A stretch of 64,000 nucleotides of DNA from a candidate division WWE3 bacterium (GCA_052035175.1 JBPOHV010000001.1:622428-686427), one strand, 5' to 3'; positions 9,245 through 19,980 are shown, counted from the stretch's first letter. The notes: generated from the sequence alone by a model not told the origin. Translations and numbers: made by a program.

Positions 9245-9290
9245 AATATCAATATTTAACTTTTTAGTATCAAGCGTATAATTCATTCAT

Positions 9291-9767
9291 ATGAAATTGA
9301 ATCACGAACAAATACGTAATATTGTTTTTGGCGTAGAAGACAGCATAGTTTCTACAACAGGAGTTCTATTTGGAATTGCGTCGGTACAAGGCTATAACTT
9401 TAAGCAAATAGCAATAGTCGGACTTGTATTAGTAGCCGTAGAAGCAATTTCGATGGGTGTCGGGTCATTTTTGTCTGAAACGTCTGCACAAGAAGTAGAA
9501 AAGTACAAAAATCAAACACCTTTCTTAGACGGCATTTTAATGTTTTTTTCATATTTTATGACAGGAGTAATCATAGTTATGCCTTATATAATCCTCAATT
9601 CAAACAATGCAAGATATTATTCGGCAGCGCTAGCATTTTTATTATTAGGTTTATTAGGCTATATGCCACAACGAAAACTAAAATCGGCGTTACGTATGTT
9701 GTTTCTAGGTGGTATGGCACTCATTGCTGGTTACACTATTGCCAATTATCTAAATCTCAATTTGTAA
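9291..9767 (+). CDS. VIT1/CCC1 family Fe/Mn transporter
   Basis: FGVEDSIVST, EAISMGVGSFLS. Confidence 0.85.
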   Translation: MKLNHEQIRNIVFGVEDSIVSTTGVLFGIASVQGYNFKQIAIVGLVLVAVEAISMGVGSFLSETSAQEVEKYKNQTPFLDGILMFFSYFMTGVIIVMPYIILNSNNARYYSAALAFLLLGLLGYMPQRKLKSALRMLFLGGMALIAGYTIANYLNLNL

Positions 9768-9844
9768 TCGCAATTTCTAATAAAAATAGAATTTACGTGC
9801 TTGAAAATTCCGGTGTATACCGTTAACATTAGTCTTACATATAT

Positions 9845-10549
9845 ATGTCCAACTTTTTTTCAAAAAATGGTAAACAACTCAAAGGCTATGAAACTACAAT
9901 AAAACACGTAGAAACTATAAACTCACTAAGCGACTTAAAACCATTATATGAATCAATTCAAATAAAGTGGAAAAGTTTATTTTCGTCACTTGCTATGACT
10001 GCAGTGTCGTTTGGGGCTGTACTACTTGTAATTGCGCCATCGGTAAAAGCATCTGTAAATATTCAAAAGTACAATATTTTTTCTTCCAGACCATTTGTAA
10101 TGGAAGACGTCTCTAATGTAATCAATACTGGTGATTCTCGATCTCAAAAAATTAATGCCGTTTTCAAAGAATTTAATTGCCCTTTGTACGGTTATGGAGA
10201 AACATTTGTAACTGAAGCCGATAAAAATAATATACCTTGGTGGTTGGTTGCATCAGTATCTTTTCAAGAATCAAATTGCGGAAAGAAAACACCACTTAAT
10301 GATGGGCAAGAAACTTACAACGCATATGGCTGGGGTGTTTGGGGCGGAAATGCATTTCAATTTGATAATTGGGAACACGGCGTAGCAGTTGTATCTCGTT
10401 ATATGAGCACAAAATTCTTTTCGAAAGGTGTTACAGAACCTTGCACTATAATGGCAACCTACACACCACCTTCTAATGGATCATGGTGCAGAGGTGTTCA
10501 ATATTTTGGCGATATTATTCAAAATTACGAATCTCCCGATTACCTTTAA
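9845..10549 (+). CDS. Lysozyme-like/glucosaminidase-domain protein
   Basis: SVSFQESNCG, NAYGWG, F.NWE.G, YTPP...W. Confidence 0.7.
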   Translation: MSNFFSKNGKQLKGYETTIKHVETINSLSDLKPLYESIQIKWKSLFSSLAMTAVSFGAVLLVIAPSVKASVNIQKYNIFSSRPFVMEDVSNVINTGDSRSQKINAVFKEFNCPLYGYGETFVTEADKNNIPWWLVASVSFQESNCGKKTPLNDGQETYNAYGWGVWGGNAFQFDNWEHGVAVVSRYMSTKFFSKGVTEPCTIMATYTPPSNGSWCRGVQYFGDIIQNYESPDYL

Positions 10550-10675
10550 GACTAAACCGTTTGAAAGTTGCTAAACCGCGATATATGGTATAATTTCTCT
10601 TGTCTTCGACCTTATTGGTCAGATAAATACTCTTTAAAAAGGCTTACATAAGCCACAAATTCCTGCATACAACTT

Positions 10676-11197
10676 ATGATCAAAATTTACAACATTATTG
10701 CTATATTTGCGTTTATTTATATCTCTGCAATTACCAACAGTGAAAAGATATTTGCAGAACCCTTTGTCGATGAAAGTATAAAAATTGAAGATAAGATCGA
10801 GAGTAAACAAGTAAATAGAGCAGAATTAATAGATAAGTATCTAGATAAACATAAATCACCTGTGATGGGTAAAGGGGAATTCATAGTACAAACTGCTGAT
10901 AAATATAATCTGGACTATAAACTATTGGTAGCAATTTCTGGAATAGAATCTACTTTTTGCAAAAGAATTCCTTATCAGTCTTATAACTGCTGGGGGTGGG
11001 GGATATATGGCAATAACATGATTAAGTTCAACTCGTTTGAAGAAGGTTTTGAAAAAGTTGCGCAAGGGCTTAGCGAGCATTATGTAAGTAAAGGGCTAGA
11101 TACTCCTGAAAAGATTGGTAGAAAGTATAACCCTCCAAATCCTGTAAAGTGGGCTGCAGCTGTGAATAAATTTGCGAGTGATATTGAGAAAAACTAA
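10676..11197 (+). CDS. Lysozyme-like/glucosaminidase-domain protein, paralog of the upstream gene
   Basis: LLVAISGIEST, NCWGWG, F.SFEEG, YNPP...W. Confidence 0.75.
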   Translation: MIKIYNIIAIFAFIYISAITNSEKIFAEPFVDESIKIEDKIESKQVNRAELIDKYLDKHKSPVMGKGEFIVQTADKYNLDYKLLVAISGIESTFCKRIPYQSYNCWGWGIYGNNMIKFNSFEEGFEKVAQGLSEHYVSKGLDTPEKIGRKYNPPNPVKWAAAVNKFASDIEKN

Positions 11198-11607
11198 CTT
11201 ATCAGAGATTCTGCAACTAATCTCGGCAATACATCATGTTTAAATATAGAGCCTATTTCAATATCTTCTGGAATATTCTTGCCAACCCATAAGGTAGATT
11301 CAACCTCATTACTGGGAATGAAATCTCCAACCCAAGACTTTACAACAAAGACTTGCATTGTGACAAAGAAGCCAGGTTTACCGGCTGCTTCTGCTCTAAA
11401 TGTACCAAACTCTTGTAAGTCTACCTCTGTAACAGCTATGTTTAACTCTTCCTTTAATTCGCGCACTAATGCTTGTTTAGCTGTTTCACCAGCTTCCAAC
11501 TTGCCTCCAGGAGAAACATAGACAGTTTTATTAAATGACTTTGTGAGTAATAATTTTTTATCTTTTATGATAATTCCAGCAGCTTTATGTATATCCACGT
11601 CTTGCAT
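11194..11607 (-). CDS. NUDIX hydrolase (start MQDVD)
   Basis: Nudix box PGGKLEAGETAKQALVRELKEEL. Confidence 0.9.
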   Translation of the reverse strand: MQDVDIHKAAGIIIKDKKLLLTKSFNKTVYVSPGGKLEAGETAKQALVRELKEELNIAVTEVDLQEFGTFRAEAAGKPGFFVTMQVFVVKSWVGDFIPSNEVESTLWVGKNIPEDIEIGSIFKHDVLPRLVAESLIS

Positions 11608-11615
11608 ATAGTTTA

Positions 11616-11699
11616 TGGTGGGCGAGAGAGGACTTGAACCTCCACCCCTTGCGGGACATGGTCCTAAGCCATGCGTGTATACCATTCCACCACTCGCCC
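11616..11699 (-). tRNA. tRNA-Leu(TAG)
   Basis: Reverse complement GGGCGAG...CTTAGGA...CTCGCCCACCA with variable arm. Confidence 0.95.
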
Positions 11700-11719
11700 A
11701 AGTGGTTGTATTTTAACAC

Positions 11720-11744
11720 AGAGACCAGGTCAGACCTGGTCTCT
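11720..11744. repeat. REP-like GACCWGGTC doublet repeat, copy 2
   Basis: AGAGACCAGGTC-A-GACCTGGTCTCT perfect inverted repeat. Confidence 0.8.
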
Positions 11745-11767
11745 AAATAACTGCTACAATATATGCA

Positions 11768-12547
11768 ATGCTCACAAAAGACAAAATAAAAGGCTTTCTG
11801 ACCCCCCAGAACATTTATTTGACTATCATTACAATATTAGTCTTATTTTGTGCCGTACAACTAGCTTGGATACAAATACAGTATAAGTATTTTAATGCAA
11901 ATGAAGAATTTCGTAAGCAAGCACTCAATAAATATGTAAACACACAACTACAATTGAAAGACCGCATTTCAGATTTGGAAGCAAAAGAAAAAGCTTCTCA
12001 ATATAAAATCCGCGAAGCCTACGAACATGTCTTGCATACTATGTTCTTCGAAGAACTTGGTAATAAGCAAACTTATTTAGATGGCAAATACAAACTTCAG
12101 TATTCTTTTCAAAGTGGAGGCCAGTTCTGTTATGACTTTTATATTTGCAATGGTATAGATTGCCAAATGCACCCAGACTCAGAAACTATGGCATGTATAA
12201 ACAGCAATAAAGAACTTACTGATTTTCATGTAGACGAACTACTTACAAAAGTAAGCAAACACCCGCTGATTGTAATAAATTACGAAGAAAACAGCTGGAC
12301 TAAACAAGAAATGCTACTTCCTTACGATTGTAACTCACAAATATGTTATGAACAGTTGTCAAACAAAACTAAAATAAGCGCAGATGATAAATATCAATTA
12401 GACAGTTTTGAAATTAGCACAAATGCAACAACAGGAGATTTGGAAGTAAAAGCCAGGTTGTACAATGGACAAAGCGGAGTACCGACAATATGGAGAACTT
12501 ATACTCTTACAGAGAAAGACGGCATGATCATAGTTAGTATAGGTTAA
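11768..12547 (+). CDS. Membrane-anchored hypothetical protein
   Basis: N-terminal TM, coiled coil, Cys-containing extracellular part. Confidence 0.7.
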   Translation: MLTKDKIKGFLTPQNIYLTIITILVLFCAVQLAWIQIQYKYFNANEEFRKQALNKYVNTQLQLKDRISDLEAKEKASQYKIREAYEHVLHTMFFEELGNKQTYLDGKYKLQYSFQSGGQFCYDFYICNGIDCQMHPDSETMACINSNKELTDFHVDELLTKVSKHPLIVINYEENSWTKQEMLLPYDCNSQICYEQLSNKTKISADDKYQLDSFEISTNATTGDLEVKARLYNGQSGVPTIWRTYTLTEKDGMIIVSIG

Positions 12548-12550
12548 GTG

Positions 12551-12610
12551 ACAGATAGGTGCGCATCCGCATGCCTGCTCAGGCATGCATGGCGGTGCGG
12601 AACTATCTGT
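12551..12610. repeat. Palindromic REP-like element, family 2 (also ~52568-52625)
   Basis: tccgcatgcctgctcaggcatgcatggcgg inside acagatag...ctatctgt; near-identical reverse copy at 52.6 kb. Confidence 0.7.
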
Positions 12611-12616
12611 GTAACA

Positions 12617-14377
12617 TTACTCTAAGTACTTCAAAAAGTTTTCTTTTATCTCAGTCATACTTTTCACAAATTCTGACTTATTAGTTTCGGTAATATTTGC
12701 TGGAGGATTATCTATTAAGCTTTGTAATTGAGAAACAGCAAAACTTATACGCTCTTTCCTTCTTGCCATGTTTCCATAAAAGTATTTGCGAAAATAAACA
12801 TCAGGGTTATCTGGTGGTAAATGCGCTGCCAGATCTATATCTGACTCTGCAAAAAGTTTGGGGGTATCCCAATGTTCGACAAATCTATCTTTATACCAGT
12901 CTTCACGAGCTAATAACATCGCGTCATTAATATACATACGCACTTCTTTAGGACCAAATGGTTCATTTCGCGGCAAATCCAGCTCTGAAGCTCCAAAAGA
13001 ATACTTATAGCTTTGAACACCAAAGTCTATCTCGACCTGGTTTAATGCCAACAAGTCGTCATACACTTCTTGAGGTAATTCATCTCTAATCCCACACAAG
13101 ACAGTAGCACCTCGGCGTGAAAACATTGCTTGAGCTGGAGCAATATTATGTTTTAAAAACACTCGATACACTTGGTCATACATATTGACGATTCCTTCGT
13201 CACCATGCGCGTAACTAAGAGATGAATTAGTTTCTTTAATAGGAAAATCAAAAATCATTATCTTTGAAAAGGCTGAAGTCTCCATTACTTGTGAAAACTC
13301 ACTTATACTAGCCACACGCCTTCCAAGCAATTTATCACTTACCTGATTGTCAAAAAAATCTATAAATTCCCATAATAATCTTGCTCTCGAAGCATCATCA
13401 GCAACTTGCATTCGTGCTACTCCAGAAATCATATCGGCAAGTTCAGGATATGCTTTAGACATTTGACGTAATTCAAATTCTAAAGACTTTATATATTTAG
13501 GATCAGACTTTTCGTCCTCAGTAGGTTTCCATTCAGTAAATTCTTGTTTTATGTAAGCCTCTCCCAATGTTTCGACGATAATTTTTGTCTGGCTTGGCGG
13601 AAGGATCATACGATCAAAATAATATCTAAAAATCTCTTGTTCCATGGGAACTTCTGGAACACGTATATTTGTTGATAATGGATTGATCGCTACATTTTCA
13701 AGCTTACCGCGACCATAATAGCCACTAACTGAAGTAATACGTTCCTTAATCTTTTGGTAAGCAAAATCTCTAAGCTTTTCTGGTACTCCAACAAAACCAA
13801 AATAAAATTCATCACCACCATACCTACAAACAACTATATCCGCGTTAGGATTTGCTGCTTGAATCAACTGCTTTATGTAGGGTAATTCTTCGTTTATAGA
13901 GCCTCCGACTTGATTTAGCAAAACATCGGCTGCACTATTACCTACCTGGTCACGTGCTCTATCTGATGCACGCAAGTCTTTTAGATCTAGATCTTTAAAG
14001 TTGACATTTTTACCTGCATCAACAAACTGCTTCAGATGATGTGTAAACGCATTTCTGTTTAATATTGGCGTACCTGAAACATCAAGTACTTCGCCAGTTG
14101 GTAAAGTAAATTGACGAGGCTGATTAATGCCACCATCGATACAATACTCAAAACACCTTTCTAACAAAGCTTGCGACTCAGGTGTATGTAACTCTGAAAG
14201 CGTCGTTAAAAAAGTAGGAACATACTGAAGATAAAAATCTTCATCTGCTGGAGGCAACTCTTGAGACCTGATTTTTTGATATGCAGCCTCGTATGGACTC
14301 GGCATTACTTCTTGATCTTGGTTGTATATCTTGTCTAACACACATAAATTATGCCGCATTATAAGATTTTTTACCAT
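12617..14377 (-). CDS. GGDEF-domain protein (intact RYGGDEF plus degenerate second GGDEF-like region); start may be MPSPYE at 14305
   Basis: DLDLKDLR..D..GNSAAD.LL, RYGGDEF; later FDF.IKETN..SYAHGD, RRGAT. Confidence 0.7.
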   Translation of the reverse strand: MVKNLIMRHNLCVLDKIYNQDQEVMPSPYEAAYQKIRSQELPPADEDFYLQYVPTFLTTLSELHTPESQALLERCFEYCIDGGINQPRQFTLPTGEVLDVSGTPILNRNAFTHHLKQFVDAGKNVNFKDLDLKDLRASDRARDQVGNSAADVLLNQVGGSINEELPYIKQLIQAANPNADIVVCRYGGDEFYFGFVGVPEKLRDFAYQKIKERITSVSGYYGRGKLENVAINPLSTNIRVPEVPMEQEIFRYYFDRMILPPSQTKIIVETLGEAYIKQEFTEWKPTEDEKSDPKYIKSLEFELRQMSKAYPELADMISGVARMQVADDASRARLLWEFIDFFDNQVSDKLLGRRVASISEFSQVMETSAFSKIMIFDFPIKETNSSLSYAHGDEGIVNMYDQVYRVFLKHNIAPAQAMFSRRGATVLCGIRDELPQEVYDDLLALNQVEIDFGVQSYKYSFGASELDLPRNEPFGPKEVRMYINDAMLLAREDWYKDRFVEHWDTPKLFAESDIDLAAHLPPDNPDVYFRKYFYGNMARRKERISFAVSQLQSLIDNPPANITETNKSEFVKSMTEIKENFLKYLE

Positions 14378-14431
14378 ATCAGCAGTTAATGATTTGAAAT
14401 GCTAAAAACACATGATACAATAAAACCCGTT

Positions 14432-15334
14432 ATGAAGGCAGAGGTCAAAAAATTACCAAAATCAACCATAGAACTCACCGTCACAGTAGAAGCTACACAG
14501 GTGAAAGCTATGTACGACCATGTTTTGAATGAAGCAGTGGAGTCGACTACTATAGCTGGTTTTAGAGCCGGCAAAGCTCCCAAAGAAGCTGTAGAACAAA
14601 AACTCGGAGTTTCAAAGTTATATGCAGATGTGATAGATCATTTATTACAGTTGTATTATCCACAAGCACTCAAAGAAAATCATATTATGGCTATAAGCAA
14701 CCCTCGAGTTGAAATCAAAGAATTTGACCTCGAAAAAGATTTTATATTTACAGCACAAATCCCAGTAAAACCAGAAGTTAAAATTGCAGAATTCAAAACT
14801 ACACTAAAAAAGACATTTGAAGAACAAAAAGAAGCAAAAAAGAAAGAAAACGAACAAAAGCTTAAAGATGGCCAACCAATAGACTCAGACCACATACATT
14901 TAGCTTCAAATACAGTCATAGATGCAATAACAAATGCTACAACCACAGAGTTACCAGAAATAATTATAGAAGAAGAAACAAACCGCATGATGACAAGACT
15001 GGTTGATCAAGCTCAATCTATAGGACTTTCTTTGGATGACTATTTGAAATCTCAGAACAAAACCAAAGAAGACTTACGCAAAGACTACGATAAAGTAGCC
15101 GAAAGAAATGTAAAAGCTGAATTTGCATTGGCTCAATTGGTAGAACAAGAAAAAGTCGAAATTTCTGAACAAGAGATAGAAGAATTAATCAAAGCATCAG
15201 GGACAGAAAATACAGAAGTTTTATTAAATGATCCTTTACAAAAGCTTTATGTAAAGTCTATCTTACAAAAAAGTAAAGTAATTAGTAATATAATTGCCGA
15301 AATAGAAGGAGATCACGCACATGAGTCACTTTAA
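14432..15334 (+). CDS. tig: Trigger factor lacking the FKBP PPIase domain
   Basis: GFRAGKAP ribosome-binding motif and C-terminal chaperone domain; upstream of clpP. Confidence 0.9.
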   Translation: MKAEVKKLPKSTIELTVTVEATQVKAMYDHVLNEAVESTTIAGFRAGKAPKEAVEQKLGVSKLYADVIDHLLQLYYPQALKENHIMAISNPRVEIKEFDLEKDFIFTAQIPVKPEVKIAEFKTTLKKTFEEQKEAKKKENEQKLKDGQPIDSDHIHLASNTVIDAITNATTTELPEIIIEEETNRMMTRLVDQAQSIGLSLDDYLKSQNKTKEDLRKDYDKVAERNVKAEFALAQLVEQEKVEISEQEIEELIKASGTENTEVLLNDPLQKLYVKSILQKSKVISNIIAEIEGDHAHESL

Positions 15335-15929
15335 TACTTTGGTTCCTACAGTTGTTGAAAAAGATCCAAAAGGTCAAGAAAGATATTTTGATATCTATTC
15401 TAGACTTTTGAAAGATTATGTTGTTTTCGTTACTGGACCAATAGACATGATCGAAGCAAATACTTTTATCGCACAACTTTTATTTTTGGAAAGCGAAGAC
15501 CCTAAACGCACTATAAATATATACATAAATACCCCAGGAGGAAGCGTACACTCCGGAATGGCTATGTACGATACAATCAAATTAATTAAAAATCCAATTA
15601 GTACAATAAATGTCGGACTAGCTGCTTCAGCTGGTGCATTATTGTTGGGAGCAGGGGATAAAGGAAAAAGATTTTCATTGCCATACGCAAAAACAATGAT
15701 TCATGAAGCTCGTATTATGGGTGGGGGAATGACTGGCCCAACCACTGACCTAGAAATAGAAATTGAAGAATTAAAACGAAACACAGAAGACTATGCAACA
15801 ATTATTTCTAAAGCTTCAGGACAACCTATCAAAAAAGTTAAAGAAGATATTAAACGTGATAAATGGTTTGATGCAAAAGAAACTATAGAATACGGATTGA
15901 TAGACGAAATTCTCAAACCCAAAAAGTAA
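15321..15929 (+). CDS. clpP: ATP-dependent Clp protease proteolytic subunit
   Basis: DIYSRLL, YINTPGG, GLAASAG, MIHE, RDKWF. Confidence 0.97.
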   Translation: MSHFNTLVPTVVEKDPKGQERYFDIYSRLLKDYVVFVTGPIDMIEANTFIAQLLFLESEDPKRTINIYINTPGGSVHSGMAMYDTIKLIKNPISTINVGLAASAGALLLGAGDKGKRFSLPYAKTMIHEARIMGGGMTGPTTDLEIEIEELKRNTEDYATIISKASGQPIKKVKEDIKRDKWFDAKETIEYGLIDEILKPKK

Positions 15930-15990
15930 TCAGCCAAAATAAACAAAGATTAGTATCTTTTTAGTGAGTCTGATAAAATCGGAGTGTTGT

Positions 15991-16067
15991 GGGCTCATAG
16001 CTCAGATGGTTAGAGCGTTGCATTGACATTGCAGAGGTCTCTGGTTCGATTCCAGATGAGCCCACCA
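15991..16067 (+). tRNA. tRNA-Val(GAC)
   Basis: GGGCTCA/TGAGCCC acceptor, loop TTGACAT, CCA. Confidence 0.95.
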
Positions 16068-16074
16068 TTTAACA

Positions 16075-17172
16075 ATGAACATATACAAAAATTTATCATC
16101 AGGAGATATCTCCTTACAAGAAACGGCAAGTGAAACAACATATACAAAAGATTCAAGAAAACACGACATCGGATCTGCTAAAGATCTCGCAAAGGAAATA
16201 ATTAGGAAAATAAGACACGCCCCCTATGTAACAAAACAGGTAGCGAACTCAGGCGTAAATAATATTGCAGAATCAATAGTATTACAAGATTTGGAAAACA
16301 AGGGGGTAGACCATATCTCTCGAATAAAAAAAGATGATAACGGTTTACCGATGTCTATTAGTGGACTTGTATCAATTGGCAATAAAGGAGATCCATATTT
16401 ACTTACAAGTCTAGGGCTCGAAAAAATTGATGGGGAGGATTGGGAAAATGTGGAATTTGAAAGCGAGCATGCCTTAGTTAGGGCAAGTATAAATGCATGT
16501 TATACACTCCAGGATATATACGACAAAGGTTATCTGCATCACGATATAAAACCAACAAACTTGATGCAAGGTAAAGATGGGAACACATATATTATAGACT
16601 TTAACAGTGCAAAAAAACATAAAGATGGAATTTCAAAGACAGAGACAGGAACACCTGAGTATCAATCTCCAGAAAGACGCTTTCCAGAAATATTTCGACA
16701 ATTTTATGGGGGACCTGAGGTACTACTTAAAACTAAAGTAACCGGTGATATATATGCACTTGCCGTAACAATAGCAAAAACGGCCGGCATTGATATCACA
16801 CCTTTCTTGTTAGAGTTTCCAAAATACATACAATCAACCGATCAAGAAGAAAACGAAAAAAAATATAAGCTATACGCAAGTGCAGTCACCGCATTGATAC
16901 AAGAGAGACTTAATACATTTCATCAAAGTATCGAAGACGCCGTCGTAAGGAGGGAAATGTCAGGAAAATTGGGGCTGGTACTAATATTAAATACTAGTGA
17001 GGATTATTTAAAAAGAGCTCAATCATTTGGCGAATTTGCAAAAACCTTAGAAATGGTAAACGACGCACAAATTGCAGATAGCACACTGTTTGAGTATATT
17101 AGCCCTAGACAGAGGAAGAAAATAGCTACAACTACAACAAAGGTCAACCCATTGCCAATGAGTAACGAGTAA
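16075..17172 (+). CDS. Hanks-type Ser/Thr protein kinase-like protein
   Basis: HHDIKPTN, IIDFN, GTPEYQSPE, GDIYAL. Confidence 0.8.
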   Translation: MNIYKNLSSGDISLQETASETTYTKDSRKHDIGSAKDLAKEIIRKIRHAPYVTKQVANSGVNNIAESIVLQDLENKGVDHISRIKKDDNGLPMSISGLVSIGNKGDPYLLTSLGLEKIDGEDWENVEFESEHALVRASINACYTLQDIYDKGYLHHDIKPTNLMQGKDGNTYIIDFNSAKKHKDGISKTETGTPEYQSPERRFPEIFRQFYGGPEVLLKTKVTGDIYALAVTIAKTAGIDITPFLLEFPKYIQSTDQEENEKKYKLYASAVTALIQERLNTFHQSIEDAVVRREMSGKLGLVLILNTSEDYLKRAQSFGEFAKTLEMVNDAQIADSTLFEYISPRQRKKIATTTTKVNPLPMSNE

Positions 17173-17213
17173 TATACGCTATATACATAGTACTACTTTA
17201 AAACGCACCCCAT

Positions 17214-18482
17214 ATGGCGCGATTTGGTGAAGAATTAACAGAAATACAATCAGAAATAGCTGGCACAGCCCCAAGTGGGAACAAATACATTTTTTTGTAT
17301 TTGACTATGATTTTTTTGGTGACATTATCTGATGCGGTAATGTCATATCTTTCCCCTGTATACATCAATAACGTCTATAATGATACGTTCGCTGTTGGGT
17401 TAATACTTGCTATATCATCGTCATGCGGGTTTTTCTTTGACCTGTTTGTTTCGACCAGACTCAGACACAAAAGTTTTAGATTTTTTACAAAATATATGGT
17501 CATTTTCTCGATCGTATTCCCGCTATCATTTTTATTATTGCCACATATCTTTTTTACTTTTGCATTAGGCATGGTTGTATGGGCGATTTATTATGAAATG
17601 CGCGGTTACTCAAACTTTCATTATGTGCAACACACAGTCAAAGTTTCTCAACACGCAAAAATGTGGGGATTTATTTTGACAACTCAATACATCGCATATT
17701 TCATCGGGCCATTGATAGCCACAAGTATAGATACACAATGGGATCGATTGCCTTTATTAATAGCAGTTATTTCTACCACACTTGGCTGTTTTATCTTTTA
17801 TTCATCAAAATACTTTAAAGCGCATCAAGAAGTCAAAGAAGCAAAAGTATACACTCTGAACGATTTGGTAAAAGAGTTTAGAGCTATGAATGCTTTGGTA
17901 AAGCGCACTTTTTTCTTTTTGTTATTTAGCTTTACTTTGATACTTATTGACGTATCTTTTTGGACAATGGGTGCACTCTATTCACAAGAACTAATGCAAA
18001 AATCAGAATTGGGGAAGTTTTTCATTAGCATGTATGGTATTCAAGGACTTTATTGCGGAATACTTGCTAGTAAAGCTAATCTCTTTGGTAAAAAGAAAAC
18101 CTCATTCTTAATAGGTATAGTTGTAGGACTTATGATGATAGGCATTTCAATAACTGACAGTGTTTATAAAACACTTTTACTTGTCATGGGAGTTTCTGCA
18201 TTGTATGGAATATGCATAATATTGATAAGCGCTGTCTTTGAAGACTATGTTTCGCGATTACACGAAACATCAAACTATATGATTTCGTTGGAACAGATGA
18301 TTGCAAACATGGCATATGTTATAGGACCAATAGGTCTTGGTTGGGTAGGTCAAACAGTAGGAGTAAAAAACACATTTGGAGTCGTAGGTATTGTAATAAT
18401 GATAGCCTCTGCATGTGCATTAGTTTTTGTACCTAAAAAAATCAAAATGCCACAGGCAGAGTTAAAGTCTATCGAACAATGA
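17214..18482 (+). CDS. MFS transporter
   Basis: About 12 TM segments in 422 aa, MFS-like IGP motifs. Confidence 0.8.
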   Translation: MARFGEELTEIQSEIAGTAPSGNKYIFLYLTMIFLVTLSDAVMSYLSPVYINNVYNDTFAVGLILAISSSCGFFFDLFVSTRLRHKSFRFFTKYMVIFSIVFPLSFLLLPHIFFTFALGMVVWAIYYEMRGYSNFHYVQHTVKVSQHAKMWGFILTTQYIAYFIGPLIATSIDTQWDRLPLLIAVISTTLGCFIFYSSKYFKAHQEVKEAKVYTLNDLVKEFRAMNALVKRTFFFLLFSFTLILIDVSFWTMGALYSQELMQKSELGKFFISMYGIQGLYCGILASKANLFGKKKTSFLIGIVVGLMMIGISITDSVYKTLLLVMGVSALYGICIILISAVFEDYVSRLHETSNYMISLEQMIANMAYVIGPIGLGWVGQTVGVKNTFGVVGIVIMIASACALVFVPKKIKMPQAELKSIEQ

Positions 18483-19297
18483 ATCTTCATCTGACAACTA
18501 AGACTTATATAAAATTGACACCAATAGTTGCCACACTTGCAGTTGCAGCTTTTTTTATTTCACAAAGTATAGTCGAATTATTGCAAAGAAACATTTTTGA
18601 TATACACCACGAGCTATATCTGCAAATAGTATTGGCACTTACGCTTATGTTTGTAGCGACGACGCTTACAATAGGTGTATGGGGTCAAAATATTCAATGG
18701 TTAATTATAACGTTGCCGATTATTTTAGGCACAATATTTGCCATCCCAAATAATCTTACAAATATACTGATGATAGCACCACTTATTTTTTATGGAATTT
18801 ATCTTTCTACTAAAATCTCACAAAATTCGATCAAGATCGATATCATTACTTCGCTAACTCCCGTGATTAAAGCGCTTATTTTTTATTTTTCATTAATAGC
18901 TGCAACTATTTACTATACTAACTTTGCAAACATTGAGTTGATAAAACAGTCTACAACAAAACTACTCCAAAATACGGTGCAAGAAATAGTATCAGCTCAA
19001 ATTAATAGTACACTAGGTGCAAACTTTGCTTATCTTGAAAAGCTGGGATTTTCTACAGACTTTGCAATCGCACAAATTATAAACACAAAAGATATTGTCA
19101 ATCCTTGGTTTGATAAGTATGAAGAGGCGATATCTCCTATAGTTTCTATTATTTTCTTCACATTGATAGGATTTCTTGGAGGAATTGCAAGATATATCTA
19201 TATGATTGTCATTATGCCTATAATATTTATTTGCAAAAAAACAAACTTTTTGAATACACAAAACATACAAGTTGAAAAAGAAACTCTTACATTTTGA
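18479..19297 (+). CDS. Multi-TM hypothetical membrane protein
   Basis: Hydrophobic segments; ATGA overlap with the MFS gene. Confidence 0.7.
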   Translation: MNLHLTTKTYIKLTPIVATLAVAAFFISQSIVELLQRNIFDIHHELYLQIVLALTLMFVATTLTIGVWGQNIQWLIITLPIILGTIFAIPNNLTNILMIAPLIFYGIYLSTKISQNSIKIDIITSLTPVIKALIFYFSLIAATIYYTNFANIELIKQSTTKLLQNTVQEIVSAQINSTLGANFAYLEKLGFSTDFAIAQIINTKDIVNPWFDKYEEAISPIVSIIFFTLIGFLGGIARYIYMIVIMPIIFICKKTNFLNTQNIQVEKETLTF

Positions 19298-19299
19298 TA

Positions 19300-19980
19300 C
19301 TAAAGAGGCTGAACCAACTCGGCTATCTTTACAGCATCTTCAAGCTTATAAACACCTATACGTGTGCGTAACAACGACGTTAAAACAGCGGATGTGTTTA
19401 AATATTGGCCAAGATCGTGTGCAAGTGACCGTATATAAGTACCGCTACCGCATACTACTTTTAGAGATAAAATAGGTAAGTTTACTAACTTTTCGTCGAT
19501 TAAAATCTCAGTTTCAACAAAGTCTATAATGTCGATTTTATAAATGTGTACTCTTTTAATTGGTAAATCTACATGTGTTAATAAATTATTTCTAGCTAAA
19601 TCGTAAAGTTTTTTACCTTTAACTTTGACTGCTGAATAAGGAGGAACTGTTTGATCGATGTCTCCTATAAATTTTGAAAGCGCAGATTGAATGCGCATTA
19701 AATCTAGATTTGCCCCTTTAACAAAAGAAATTTCTGATGAATCAAGGTCATAAGTAGGAGAATCAACTCCAAACGCTATTTTTGCTATATATTCTTTGTC
19801 GTAAGATAAAAAGTCATTTTGCTTTTTGGTATCTTGCTCTGTCAAAACCACCAAAACTCCCTCAGCCGCTGGATCAAGTGTTCCTGCGTGACCAATCCGG
19901 CGAGTATGCAAAACACCTCGTAATTTGGCCACAACGTCAAATGACGTCCAACCTCTTTCTTTATAAATATTTATAATCAC
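19300..19980 (-). CDS. truB: tRNA pseudouridine(55) synthase
   Basis: TSFDVV, GHAGTLDP, PPYSAVK, GSGTYIRSL; likely GTG start at 19980. Confidence 0.95.
   Translation of the reverse strand: MIINIYKERGWTSFDVVAKLRGVLHTRRIGHAGTLDPAAEGVLVVLTEQDTKKQNDFLSYDKEYIAKIAFGVDSPTYDLDSSEISFVKGANLDLMRIQSALSKFIGDIDQTVPPYSAVKVKGKKLYDLARNNLLTHVDLPIKRVHIYKIDIIDFVETEILIDEKLVNLPILSLKVVCGSGTYIRSLAHDLGQYLNTSAVLTSLLRTRIGVYKLEDAVKIAELVQPL

Noticed and set aside
11608-11685. N-terminal extension of the NUDIX ORF
   Set aside because: It overlaps tRNA-Leu(TAG); the real start is likely 11607.
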